Notes: a model not told the origin generated them from the letters alone. A stretch of 64,000 bases of DNA from Chiloscyllium plagiosum (GCF_004010195.1 NC_057724.1:53891520-53955519), one strand, 5' to 3'; shown: positions 26,568-40,357, numbered from the stretch's first letter. Numbers and translations are program-made.

Positions 26568-27912
26568 GTAAGTCAATTACAATTCATTTATGTCTATCAG
26601 CAGATAGTAGGATGTTGCAGGTGTTACAAAACTGAAATGAAAATATAAAATCCTCACAATGCACAGAGTAATTGTGGCCTGAAAGGAATAAAGAGAAGTA
26701 CGGTAAATATTCCGAGTATATAGTCTCTATTAGAACTCGTCATCTAACCACACTCAGAACATCCCCCTGCATTCATTTATTTTTGTATTTCAAATGAATC
26801 TGCTGTGCATTTCCAACTTTTCTGTTTTGATTTCAGTGTACATAATGGTCTGGTCAGCTAGAAAACCTCAGGGGGAGTATGTGTAATGCAAAAAAAATCA
26901 CCCAAACTATTTCAATTTCATTAGATGTAGCAAGCATTCCTTTGGGAGTCAGAGTTTTTGCCAAAAAATTCAGAGCATGCATTGCAGTTCTTTTTGTTGT
27001 ACAGCAGAGTTCCCTTGTAGGCTGTAAATGATTTATTGTTTGCACGTTGTGTTATGTTAAGTTTTTCTATGCATTCTTGTCAAAGCAGTTTTCATGAAGA
27101 AAAAGCTAAGCCAGACACAAGTAAAAAAAGTTCAACAGCTTTACAGCAAAGGAATGCTGGTAATAATTATTAGCAGTACTTCCACCACCAAAATTTCTTT
27201 TGAAGTCAGCTTAATAGAAAGCTCCATGACTACAAGAGCAATTGGCTGTCAAGGGAATTTAAGAAAAACATGAGGTGATAGCTTGTGAAAAGCACCATTC
27301 TTTTCTTTTTGTAGGGCAGTGGTAGAAGTCTGGACAAACAGATCTGATTGCTCCCAAGTTTAATGCCCTTGCTGTGAAACCATTGGCAAGATTTCACTTT
27401 TAGTATTGTGTGCCTAACTTCCTAACCCTAACCCTAACCCAACTAATACAGACATTAAATTGGACGTTTGTCTAGCCAGGGAAGAGAAGTAAAGATCAGC
27501 TATAAATGAATAATGCTGAGCTATTTAATAGCATGACCTAGAATCTACCAAACTGCCTAAAATGGACAATTAATGAGACTATGAATAGAAATATTCAAGA
27601 TAAACATAGTATAAAAATTTAATCAGAGGTAGTTGTTTCTAGTGGTTCATGCTGGTAATTGCACTGGAGAGCCTAAGCCTGAAGATTAGAGATCAGGAAT
27701 TCAAAGATCCAAAGCCTGGTTAATACTGATAATGCTAATGAGATTACTGCACAGTAATACTATTCAGGAAGTTATCTAACGTCATATCATTGGGGGCAGC
27801 ATTATGATTAACTTTAAGGTGAAGTAGCTTGCCAATGTTCACGCAAGAATCTATAGAGATATTACCCAGCAAGTTGGCACATTTAGGAAAGACTGAGAAA
27901 AGAACATGACAA

Positions 27913-28241
27913 GATTAGATTCCCTACAGTATGGAAACAGGCCCTTGGGCCAAACAAGTCCACACCAACCCTCTGAAGAGTAACCCACCCAGACCCATTC
28001 CACTACCCTATATTTACCCCTGATTAATGCACCTAACACTATGGGCAATTCAGCATGGCCAATTCACCTGACCTGCACATCTTTGGATTGTGGGAGAAAA
28101 CTGGAGCACCCGGAGGAAACCCACGCAGACACGAGGAGAATGTGCAAACTCCACACAGACGGTTGCCCGAGACGGGAATCAAACCCAGGTCCCTGGCACT
28201 GGGAGGCAGCAGTGCTAACCACTGAGCCACCGTGTCACCCA
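27913..28241 (-). mobile_element. HE1-type SINE
   Basis: Reverse complement of the HE1 pattern, tail agattagatt. Confidence 0.92.
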
Positions 28242-28764
28242 CTTTGTTGCTGACAACAATTTTCCTGTTACAATATCAAATACTTATAGCTTAGTTCCTA
28301 GGGTAGATGTCTATTTCACCAACTGATTATCTGGTAGATAGATTACCAGCCCATCACACAATCAAAGATGTGTGTTAGTTCAATTACAAATTATAGTCTA
28401 ATGAGTTTTCAGCATCTCGTGTCCATGCTGTTGAGCTCAATAGCTCTTTGAAAGTTTTGACCACAATGATAAACATCCACAATTTAAGCAACCTTGCTTC
28501 CATCCAAATAAAAAAGGTTTACAGTGAAATATAATTACTACTTTTATCACAATTTAGCAGATTATATCCTACATCACTCTTCACTAGGAATTCAAAACTC
28601 TGCAATTCCTTACCTCCTTCAGTCTTTCCTCCTTCTGTTGAGCTTCAGCCTGGCATCTATGAGAATTCATCTCTCAAAGTCAGACACTTGAGGATTAAAA
28701 CCCAACTTTAGAGACTTGAACATGTAACTAATGCTGGCAGGAATTGAAGGTGCTGCCTTTCACT

Positions 28765-29440
28765 GACCAATGAAGGCAAGCTTGCCAAATGCCTTCTTCA
28801 CCACCCTATTTACCAGCGACTCCACTTTCAGGTTACTATGCATCTGCACCCCTCAGTCTCTTTGTTCAGCAACACTCCCCAGGGCCCTACCATTAATTGT
28901 GCAAGTCCTGCCCTGATTTGCCTTACCACAACGCAACACCTCACAATTATCTAAATTAAAGTCCATCTGCCAATCCTTGATCCAATGGCCCATCTGAACA
29001 ACGTCCTGTTGTAATCTTAGATAATCTTCTTTACTGTCCACTACACCACCAATTTTGGTATCATCTGAAAACTTACTAACCATACCATCTATACTTAATT
29101 CCAAACCATTTCTATAAATGATGAAAAGCAGTCAGCCCAGCATCAATTCTGTTGACACAGCACAGGTCATAGGCCTCCAGTCCGAAGACCAATCCTCCAC
29201 CACCACCCTCCGTCTCTCACCTTAAGCCAATGTTGTATCTGATTGGCTAGCTCACCCTGTATCCCATGTGATCTATCTTTACTAACCAGTCTACCATGTG
29301 GAAGCTTGCCAAACAATTTGCTGAAATCCATTTAGACATCTACCGCTCTGTCTTCATCAGTCTTCTTTGTCACCTCTTCAAAAGACTCAATCTAGTTACT
29401 GAGACATGATTTCCCATGCACAAAGTCTTGTTGACTACAT
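28765..29440 (-). mobile_element. CR1 LINE RT fragment
   Basis: VSKFSDDTKIGGVVDS..LQQD..WQMDFNLDNCEVL. Confidence 0.88.
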
Positions 29441-29728
29441 TAAAAAACGGGCATGAGAGGGCTAACGGTGGTGGCTCACCAATGTTATTCTAATGAGGCT
29501 TGATCGCACATCTTGATCCCACCTCCAAATGAGTTTTAGTGTTGGCATGGTGGGATTGCTCCTTTGATAAGCATGGAGATCAAGAGTCAGCCCAAGAATC
29601 CAAATGATCTTTGATGTGTGATCAGACAATTAAAATACTTGCATTTACTGCTTTTGTTCTATCGTACTGTAAATTATAAAGATGGTATCACAAAAGACTG
29701 AAGCAATCTACTTCGAGAACTAATTCCA

Positions 29729-31295
29729 TGTAGAGTCATAGAGTCATGGAATATACAGCATGGAAACTCATCCATGCCAACCAGATATTCTAAATAAATC
29801 TAGTTCCATTTGCCAGCATTTGGCCCATATCCCTTGTAATCCTTCTTATTCATTTATCCATCAAGATGCCTTTTAAATGTTGTAATTGTACCAGCCTCTA
29901 CCGTTTCCTCTGGCAGCTCATTCCATACACTCCCCACCCTCTGTGTGAAAACGTTGCCCCTGAAGACCATTTTAAATCTTTCTCCTCTCGCCTTAAATCT
30001 ATGCCTTCTAGTTTTAGACTCCCTCACCCCGGGGAAAAGACTTTGACTATTTACCCAATCCATGCCCCTCATGATTTTATAAACCGCTATAAGGTCACGC
30101 CTCAGCCTCCGATGTTCCTTGGAAAAATAGCCCCAGCCTATTCAGCCTCTCTCTATATCTCAAACCCTCCAACTCTGGCAATATCCTTGTAAATCTTTTC
30201 TGAACCCTTTTAAGTTTCTCAACATCCTTCCGATAGCAGGGAGACCAGATTTGCATGTGGAATTCCAATAGCAACCTAACCAATGTCCTCGCAACATGAC
30301 CTAGCAAGTCCTATACTTAATTCACTGACCAATAAAAGAAAGCATACCAAATGCCTTCTTCACTATCCTATCTACCTGCGACTCCACTTTCAAGGAACTA
30401 TGAACCTGCACTCCAAGGCCTCTTTGTTCAGCAACACTCCCCAGGACCTTACCATTGAATGTATAAGTTCTGCCGTGATTTGCTTTACCAAATTCAACAG
30501 CTTACATTTATCTAAGTTAAAGTCCATCTGCTATTCCTCAGCCCATTGGCCCATCTTATTAAGATCCCGTTGTACTGTGAAGTAACCTTCTTCATGGTCC
30601 ACTACACCTCCAAATTTGGTGTCATCTGCAAACTTATTAACCACACCTCCTATGTTCACTTCCAAATCATTTATATTAATAACAAAAAGTAGTGGACCCA
30701 GCACCAATCCTTGTGGCACAACACACTCCTCCAGTGTGAAAAGTAACCCTCCACCACCTTCTGCCTTCTACCTTCTACCTTTGAGCCAGTTCTACATCCA
30801 AATAGCTAGTTCTCCCTCTATTCTGCATGATCTAACCTTGCTAACCAGTCTACCATGAGGAAACTTGTCGAACGCCTTACTGAAGTCCATATAGATCATG
30901 TCCACCACCCTTTCTCATCAATCTTCTATGTTACTTCTTCAAAAAAGGCAATCAAGTTTGTGAGACTTGATTTCCCATGCACAAAGCCATGTTGGCTATC
31001 CCTAATCTTGCATTTCTAAGTACATGTAAATCCTATCCCTCAGAATTCCCTCCAATAATTTGCCCACCACCAATGTTAGGCTTACCAATCTATTGTTCCC
31101 TGGCTTTTCCTTACCATCTTAATTAGTGGCACAACGTTAGCCTACCTCCAGTTTTCCAGCACCTCGCCTGTGGCTATCAATGCTACAAATATCTCAGCAA
31201 AGGGGCCCATCAATCACTTCCCTAGCCTCCCACAGAGTTCTAGGGTACTCCTGATCTGGTCCCGGGGATTTATCCACCTTTATGCATTTTAAGAC
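29729..31295 (-). mobile_element. HER1/CR1 LINE, 5'-truncated
   Basis: PQGLVLGPLLFVININDL..KFADDTK; KRVQKRFTRILP; reverse tail tagagtcatagagtcat. Confidence 0.92.
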
Positions 31296-31832
31296 GAATG
31301 AAAGAATTTATTGCAGATCATCATTGCATAGCTCTTTTTGTGTTGATTTAACTTATGAATGGAAGACATTATGACAGGCATACTGACTCCAGTTCTATTT
31401 GGGGCTTTATCAATACTTTAGTTGTCAGCACAGTTTGGAGGGACTGATGGTCACATTGGAAAACTGTCCAACAATTTGTTTCAACAATTATGCTACTTCA
31501 ACAGCACCTTCCAAACATATGACCTCTCCCACCTGGAAAAAGAAGGGCAACTGATGTATGGGACAACCATCATCTGCGTGCACCATCCTGTTGTGGGAAT
31601 GTTGGCTGTTCCTTCATTCACACTGCATCAAAAATCCAGAACTCCCTTTCTAAGAGCTGTATGGGATTATCTAAGACACATGCACCTTGATTGTTCAAGA
31701 AAGTTGTTCACCACTGACTTCTCTAAGACAACTATGGATAGTCAATGTATGTTGACCTCGCCAACAATGCTCACAAATTCTAGGAATGATTTTTAATACA
31801 ATTCTTTCCACCATGTCCTTAACATTATTGGA

Positions 31833-32060
31833 CAGGTCATTCTGCCATAATGCACATTTTGTCAGCATGCATTGGCTATTATGTGATTGACAAATTTTGA
31901 ACATTGTTTGGATAATGTGAACTTTCTACTGAATGGGTATTGCGATTTTCTATAGCGATCTTCTACATCGTGATTTTCTATGGTGGTTTTCCATTGCGCA
32001 ATTTTCTATACTTCAAGGTTGTAGTGGAATGCAACTGTCACATTATAGCAGAACAACTTG
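31833..32060. mobile_element. Tigger-like MITE just upstream of exon ~10
   Basis: CAGGTCATTCTGCCATAATG ... CATTATAGCAGAACAACTTG|TA; interior ggataatgtgaactttctactgaatg is the reverse complement of the 11357 copy. Confidence 0.75.
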
Positions 32061-32149
32061 TAGTATAAATCATCATCATGTTGCTCAGCAAGGTACTATT
32101 TTCTCCACTCCAGTGTTAAAATCCCACCTTCTACCATTTTCTCTTTCAG

Positions 32150-32306
32150 AGAAACCACAGATCTATGACAAAGGAGCAGGACTCCAAGACAAAATGTTTT
32201 ATCAGCTTGGGAAGAAACACAAGTTGACCTGTACTGCCTTTGGAATTCCATCTCCAAGTTTTCACTGGGAATGGCAGCCCTGCATCATCAGCAAGTCCGA
32301 TAAAAA
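32150..32306 (+). CDS. kdrl: VEGFR exon ~10, Ig5 start (EKPQIYDKGAGLQDKMFYQLGKKHKLTCTAFGIPSPSFHWEWQPCIISKSDK)
   Basis: ttctctttcag| acceptor, AA|gtaaga donor, 157 nt, phase 1 to 2. Confidence 0.93.
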
Positions 32307-33165
32307 GTAAGACTTACTGGCCCTGCTTTCCCACATAGATATCAGCTGAAGGCAATACATTGGCTCTGGATACAAAGGGAGGAATGGGCTGAATAAAGGC
32401 TATTTATCTGACATACTCAGGAACTAGCAAACATATTTCTGTGTATACTTCACAAGATTTATATAAATATCATTCTATTTCTGATCTTTTTATTCCAGTC
32501 CAAGAGTTTCTACTTAAACTGGGTCAAAGGAAGTGGTTCTAGTATTTTGTCAACAAGGATGTAAAGTCTCCTTATGAAGTATATCGATATTCTCTGCCTG
32601 TCTTTTAATCTCTAATCCTTCATTGCTATCACATTTCTTGCAGATCCTCATTGCAGTCAATCACCTTTATTTTGTTTACATGATAGATGTGCTCAGAAAG
32701 AGACATTAGAGTGGACTGTGATAGCACTGGCCTTCATCTTTGAGGGCCTTGAGAGCATTCTTATCTTGGCCTAACAGAAGGTGAAGCACTTTCCTGTGTG
32801 AAATGACGCATGATTTGCTTTCCTGTTGTTGTCTGGCTTCCTCCCTCGTGAAAAGGCATTCCCAGTAACCCAATTGTTCCTTTCCCCAGGACTGCAGTGT
32901 GGCTAGTTTCCTCTAGGTTTCAGACTTGCATTGCCTGTCTAATCTCTCACCGACATCTAGTTCAGGAGACTGTAATCAAACATGGAGAAAAACATTCTCT
33001 TCTCTTTTAGCTTCTGTCAACATACGTTTCTTTAAGTATAATTTACAAGCGAATTTTCTTTCAACACTGGACACTCTCTCTGAAAGCGCTATTAGTCAAT
33101 TGCACGCACTTTCCTTTGAAGCCATCCAGATCTGTTTGTAACTATTCTTTATCATCTATTGACAG

Positions 33166-33289
33166 GTGTGAAACAAACGATGATCTGAAAATTAACATTT
33201 CAGAATATATGACAAGTTTACAGTCAAACCACGGCAACAGGATTGAAAAAATTAATAACAAAACAGAACAACATGAGGATAGAAACAGT
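33166..33289 (+). CDS. kdrl: VEGFR exon ~11, Ig5 middle (CETNDDLKINISEYMTSLQSNHGNRIEKINNKTEQHEDRNS)
   Basis: gacag|G acceptor, AGT|gtatgt donor, 124 nt, phase 2 to 0; GNRIE motif. Confidence 0.88.
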
Positions 33290-34815
33290 GTATGTATGCT
33301 ATCTATTTGGATTTTGTGTGTTTGCATTATAGGATTAATGCCATTGCCAAAACCCACACGTAACAAATCAAAGGACGTTACAATGCAGGACATCTAACAC
33401 AGAAGATGGTAGGATGGTGATTTAGATATTGAACTAGAAGCTGTGTTGTGTAATTTTCATTGTGAGCACGGAGGGAAACTGGTGATTACAGATTGAGCAC
33501 CATTTATATAGCCCTGTTACAGCCAGCTGCAAAGTAATGGAATGACTCCCTCTCTTTCCATCTTTCAGGTAACCACAAGTAGTGGTTTAAATGAATAGGT
33601 TTGTCAATTCAGTGAGTGCTCTGACTATAAATTACTCATGTAAAGAGGTTTTCTATTATGTTGTTAAAAGAGAAGAACATAGTGTTTTTTGTCTTCTAAT
33701 AAAAACAAAATGTTTCATCTCACACTTTCAATTGCATCAAGACAATGACATATCACAGATTATAAGAAGGGAAGCTAAATTAACAGATTCCAAAAGTAAG
33801 TCAGCATATCTGGATGTTCAGACTGATGCTTTGGATGGTTTCAGGTGTTTGTTGATTTTTCCAGATTGTGTGCAGAGACAATTTCAAGTCTTGACAAAAA
33901 ATATCTGTATTTTTTAAGTTAGCAGCTATTGGGTTTACTTTGAGTCACTGCCTGTGGTGCTTGATTGGTCACATAAAGGCAGGACACATGCTTGCAGAAT
34001 GATTCAAGAGTGAGTGAGAGGGATTGCAAGCTCTCCTCTCACAGTAATTCACTCATGGCCTGTTTAATTCTCATTCTGCAAAAGTAGTGTCTTTTTTAAA
34101 CACCAAGTATTGATTTGTTATCAGATGATTTACATTCACAAACTAGCAATCATGAAATATAGTCAGGGAGCTCTCTTCTTACCCATCATCCATTGTTTCA
34201 AGTGATTGAGCTTAGCAGCCCTTTCTGCGCCTACCTGAATAAAGTGATTATATCTGTTAGGAGTTTAGAGAATAGATCATTCACTTTCATCTAAGTTGAT
34301 TACCTTGATTGTCTGCTTTCAGCCAAGAGGAACTGTTTTGAAAGCTTTGTAATTTGCAAAGTGAAGATATGTAAATGCTTAGCCATTTTAAGAGCTGCTC
34401 TTTAGGTCACTTGCAAATATTCTTGTAACTCTTTTTAAAACTTTGCTGAGTGGACTGAGCTACAGGATGAGTCATTTTAGATACAAACATAATTTCATAC
34501 CAACATCAAACAAGATCCTTCCATTTTGAAGTTTTTCAAGAACAAAATTATCTTCTTTTCTAAATGGTAAAATGCGGGAGCTGCTGTGCACCAACCAACT
34601 TCTCATAAATAGCCAAAACAAAAATAACTTGTCCTCTGTTACCCCCTACCTCCATCCTTGCAGAAACTGGCTTCTTTGAGATTAAATCCCCCCATGTCAC
34701 ATTGTTATATTGAAATTAATAAATCTGATAAAATTTGTGGACTAGTAACAGAAAAGGAAAAGCATGCAAAAAAGATGCCTGATTGTCATATAGCCCTGAT
34801 TTGTTCATTACTGTC

Positions 34816-35578
34816 ATAGACACATGGAGATGTACTGCACGGAAACAGACCCTTCAGTCCAACTCACCCATGCCAACCAGATATCCTAACCTAATCTAGC
34901 CCCATTTGCCAGCACTTGGCCCTTATACCTCTCAACCCTTCCTATTCATATATCCATCCAGATGCCTTTTAAATGTTGCAATTGTACCAGGCTCCACCAC
35001 TTCCTCTGGCAGCACCACTCTCTGCATGAAAAAGTTGCCCCTTAGGTCCCTTTGATATCTTTCCCTCTCACCCTGGTCACAGGCCTCCAGTCTGAAAAGC
35101 AGCCCTCCATCACCACCCTCTGTCTTCTACCTTCAAGCCAGTTCTGTATCCAAATGGTTAGTTCTCCATGTATTCCATGAGATCTAACCTTGCTAACCAG
35201 TCTTCTATAGGGAAACTTGTTGAACACCTTACTGTAGTCCATATAAATCACGTCCATTGCTAGGCCCTCATCAATCTTCTTTGTCACTTCTTCAAAAAGC
35301 TCAATCAAGTTTGTGAGACATGATTTCCTACGCACAAAGCCTTGTTGACTATCCCTAATCAGTCCTTGCCCTTCCAAATAAATGTAAATCCTGTCCCCCA
35401 GGATTCCCTCCAACAACTTGCCCTCCACTGATGTCAGGCTTACCTGTCTATAGTTCCTTGGCTTGTCCTTACCACCTTTCTTAAATAGTGGTACCTTGTT
35501 AGCCAATCTCCAGCCATCCAGCACCTCACCTGTGACTATTGATGATACAAATACGTCAGCAAGGGACCCAGCAATCCT
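34816..35578 (-). mobile_element. HER1/CR1 LINE with internal deletion
   Basis: ORF 35042..35524 WRLANKVPLFKKG..NYRQVSLTS..SCLTNL joined directly to the 3' end. Confidence 0.92.
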
Positions 35579-37639
35579 TCAGGAAAAGAACCTGCCTCCC
35601 AACTGACCATTAGAGGTGATTTTTTTAACTGACTTTTAATTTTCTATATGACACTTAGTTTTACAAACATACACCACCACCTCATGGAAGCCAATAGGGA
35701 AAGACAATAAACTAAATGTTACAAGCCCTATATTTCAAGAACATTGTTTCTAAAGTTGACTTTTTTTTTGTTTGATCCTATGCAAAAGTGCAATTGATTT
35801 TCCCACATGATGTATTAGATAAGAATCAGCAATGACAATATATGAAAACAATCCTATATTATGAAAAATAGGACAAAAGATCCATTCAAGGAAACTGAGT
35901 ACAAAGCAAAGCATTGAGTGGGTTTGTTTATGGTTGAAAGTTTCTAGTCAATTTTGTGATGAAACCCCAATGTTCAACTTCTGGAGTTTTGTGACATTGT
36001 CCATATGTCGTTCTAGTTTTTTTTATTTACACTGTTGAGTGGAAACGTGATATTGTTACAAAGTCATGTTTCCAATTGAAGATTATTGATTTATTAGACT
36101 GAAACCACTTTTAAAAATACTGAACACCAACAACAATTGTTTAGAAATGGCTTAACAACCAGCTTCTAAGACAGTTATATATTTGCATCATTGTACCCTA
36201 AAAATTCCAAAGTCATTAATAGTAGTCAAGCTGTCTATAGGAACCCATTAGAGACAATCACTTTAAAGGAATCCAAATAATCACATCTCCTGACCCATTC
36301 ACAAAACATCAAGACAGTACCAGCTTATTCAACTGGGCTGTGGAGCAAGTCATTAGATGTAACCACTTTGGGCAATGAATCTTGGGTACGGAGGGAACTC
36401 TTCCAACTCAAACCTAAGCGCAGCTAAACCACAGACCTGGAATCAACCTGCTATGTAATTATTAGCTGAGAGGAAATCACGTGACAAAGCCCACTTACCA
36501 TCTCACATTTAAGAAGCTGCTTTTCATCAGATCAGAAGAGATGCCAAACAGGAAGGTCCCTGAGTCATTGTTCTCTCTCTCCCTCACAATCAATCCTGGA
36601 AGCTCGACCCTTCCCTTCCTTGGCCATTCTCGCACCTCAGGCAGTGTTTTAAGAATCAAATTCAGCTGTTCACTCCAGAAGATAAAAAGATATAAATCCT
36701 CCAACAACATCTGCAACTCATCTAATGCAGAACGACACTTGAGCCCAATTTTAAACCACTCAAGGCATCAATCTACCAAACCCATAGATAACCGATGTTT
36801 TCAACTTTTAAAAAAAGACTTAATTTATCCTCCACTTTGATACTTGTATGTGTGAAAGAGAGAGAGTGTGAACTCTTTAACGTACACATTTCTGAGTCAG
36901 AGCACTTGTATTATTTTCATTTAAATCAGGTGTTGAGCACAATACAAATGACTCTTTTCCAACACAACACTTAAAGAGTTAAATACTCACTGTAGAAACA
37001 AGCATACTCTTCATTTAAACAAAACTGTTCCAGTTAAATAAGGTGTGGGAAAAGCAGTCAGCCATTCCATCATTTCTCACCTGGACGTAAGGAATCAATT
37101 ACTGAATATTTTAATCAGGTATTTGCTACTATAAGCAACTTTTGTTCATTCTTCAACTTGGGACAGTTCAACCGCAAACATTATTTAATTTAGAGCACTG
37201 AAGGCGTAACCAACACTTTTTCCAAACTCGATAAGACTAAGTATAAGTTTGAAGTCTCTGTATGTTTCTCTACCTCAAAAGCACTGATATTTGACAAAGC
37301 AGATAAACTTTCCGTCCATCAATTCCAAAACCATTCTAAATTAATTGAAAACAGATCTCAAGTGTCAGTGTTAAAACCTTCTTTGATCTGAAACACGATA
37401 ACTTGATTTCAAAAAATGCATATTTCAGCCTTTGAAAACAGACTGATACCATTTCTGACTGCAAACTCTTCTTGTATCTAATTCGATTATTCGTGGTTAA
37501 TTTGTTATGAAGACACTTCATATTTAGTAATTTTTGTGCACTTGAGTTTGAAAAACTGCAGGGATGCCAGGATTGCATTTCAAAAGATCAATGAAAGACA
37601 TTGGAAGCTATTTTTTAAAATGAGTTAATTACAAACAAA

Positions 37640-38268
37640 TGAACAAGGAGCAGGAGTAGGCCACTCAGCCCCCTGAGACTGCTTCCCCATTTAATACTAT
37701 CATGGCTGAACTGGTCATAATCTTAAATCCATATCCAGCCTACTCCTGATAATCTTTCAGCCTATTGCTTACCTTAAAGATATTCAGAGTCTCTGCTTCC
37801 TTGGTCCTTTCTGGAAGTGGGTTCTAAAGATTTACAATATTTAGAGAAAACAATTTGCTCTTCTCTTTCAAATGGGCAGCCCCTAGCTTTTAAACATTGA
37901 TTCTTAGTTCTACATAGAACATAGAAGAATACAGCGCAGTACAGGCCCTTTGGCCCTCGATGTTGCGCCGATTCAAGTCACCCCTAAACCTTCTTTTCTC
38001 TAGTGAAAACCGCCCCAAGTGCCTCCGTCTTTCCTCTTACGTTTTTCCTTCCATACCAGGCAACATCCTGGTAAACCTCCTCTGCACCCGTTCCAGTGCC
38101 TCCACATCTTTCCTATAGTATGGCGACCAAAACTGCACACAATATTCCAGATGCGGCCGCACCAGGGTCTTATACAACTGCATCATGACCTCAGGACTCC
38201 GGAACTCAATTCCTCTACCAATAAAAGCCAGTACGCCATATGCCTTCCTCACTGCACTATTTACCTGG
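37640..38268 (-). mobile_element. Two CR1 fragments (older 3' end plus a CpG-rich younger piece)
   Basis: LYKTLVRPHLEYCVQFWSPYYRKDVEALERVQRRFTRMLPG; tail catagaacatagaa. Confidence 0.88.
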
Positions 38269-38726
38269 GAGCAGGTAAATTCTTCCATAATGTTTTAACA
38301 TGAATGAAGGTCATCTTGTTACTGGGTTGCAAATAAGATAATTGACCCTTAGTATTTGTATGAAATGATACTCCTAAATAAGTCATCTTGCTTTTCCTTT
38401 ATTTGCTCATCTTATGTGAGCATCATTGGCTAGGCCAGCATTTATTGCCCATCACTAATTGCCCTGGAGAATGTAGTGGTGAGTCACATTTGTGAACAAT
38501 TGAAGTCCTTAGATACCACAGTTCTAAATGGCTTGATACACTGAGTGGAGCTAACCACTTCATTTAAGAGTGTGGGTCTACAATTACATGTAGACCACAT
38601 AAGTATGGCATATTTACTTTCCTAATGTGAACCAGATATGATTTGGAGATGCCGGTGTTGAACTGGGGTGTACAAAGTTAAAAATCACACAATACCAGGT
38701 TATAGTCCAACAGGTTTAATTGGAAG

Positions 38727-38761
38727 CACTAGCTTTCGGAGCACCGCTCCATCATCAGGTG
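38727..38761 (-). ncRNA. Minimal type I hammerhead ribozyme motif
   Basis: Minus strand CAC-CUGAUGA-U-GGAGC-GGU-GCUCC-GAAAG-CUA-GUG. Confidence 0.75.
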
Positions 38762-40357
38762 GTTGTGGAGGACACAATTGTAAGGCACAGAATTTATAGC
38801 AAAAGTTTACAGTGTGATGTAACTGAAATTATACATTGAAAAACACCTTGATTGTTTGTTGAGTCTTTCATCTGTTAGAATACCATGATAGTTTCATTCT
38901 TTCCTGTGTAAATCACAAAACGTTTTTAAAAGTTACATTCTCAGGTTAACTGTACAATTGGTGTTAGCCAGACAATATGTTGAAGGTGTTAGCCCCCTGT
39001 GTTCTTTGCTTGTGTCATAATGTTTAGACTGATTCTAATCTAAAAAGTGAGATAACAGAGTCTTACATGAATTCATGAAGTTTTTGAGCAAAGTACAATG
39101 TAACTCTGCAAGTAAACATTCACCCCACAAATGTGTGTGTGTGTGTGTGCATGTGAATGTAGAGAGTCTTAAGTCTGTGAGAGGGTGCATGTGTGAGTGT
39201 GGGAGTGTGTGTATCTGGGGTGGGGGGTTGTGAGTGTCTGTGAGAGAGAGTGTATGTGTGTGCTCATGAGTGTAGAGTGGTCTAAGTCTCTGAGAGAATG
39301 CCTGTGTGGGTGTGGGAGTACGTGTGTGTGCCTGTGTGTGTGTGTAGTGCAATGGTGGTCACCTGTAATGTGACATGAATCCAAGGTCCCTGTTGAGGCC
39401 CTCCCTATGGGTACCGAACTTAGCTATCAGCCTGTGCTCGGCCACTTTTCACTGCTGCCTGTCCCGAAGTCCAAATCATGATTTGAGACATGTTATACTT
39501 GGGGTATAGGACAACCCCTATTTCCTGAAGGATTTCTGAAGCTTTAAAGATAGACTTCTACACCATGACCTATAGCAAATATTGCATTTATCTTTTAAGT
39601 TGTCAATGAGATAGTATCAAAAGGGCATAAATTACACAACCTTGAAACAAGAATTGAAGGTAAAAATTGATAGTTTGCAAACAAAAAACTTAGAATTTAG
39701 TGGATCAGTATTCTCTGTCACAACCACTACTGTAGTAATTTACATATGTACTGATTAAAAAGGAAGTGAGAGTTGTTTGATTTTTAAAAAATTGTTGGAT
39801 ATTATGATTGCAGGTCAGAGAGCAGTATTAAGCTAGGAGGCTGTTGGAGACTGGTGTAGTACTGGTCTATTTCTGAACTGTTGAATATTGTTTCTGTGTT
39901 ATAAATGACTTCAGTGTTTCTTAGTTATGAGATGGGAGTGGTAATTCTCAATAAAGCGATAGGTACTAAATCTTTAACAGGGTGCCAAAATACCACGGCA
40001 TCATATATAACTAACTCAAGAGTCTAAGTTGAATTAAACCCTAGACATTTGGTCTCGGGCTTTAGTATCTCAGGTACATTTGCTCCACTGACAATACTGA
40101 TAAACGATTGCTAGCAAGAAAAAAATGGAAAATGTGCTGCTCCTCTGTTTGTTATGTCCTGCTTTTAAGAATTGTCGTATATAGTGAGCATTGCAACAAC
40201 ACTTTCTGATTGTATCAGTTCATTCTTCAAACATTGTCGCGATCATTGAATAGTGGATAGTCACCTTGACCTCTTTCCATCTATCACATTTCCAACGCCC
40301 CTCCTCCATGTCCCTCCTCCCTACCTTTTATCTTCTCCTGCTGAACACTCTCTGCTC

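Noticed and set aside
36358-37090. Possible solo LTR
   Set aside because: Only a vague resemblance; termini and TSD could not be defined.
39035-39384. His/Thr-rich ORFs
   Set aside because: Translation of a (GT)/(GA)-rich low-complexity tract inside a repeat.
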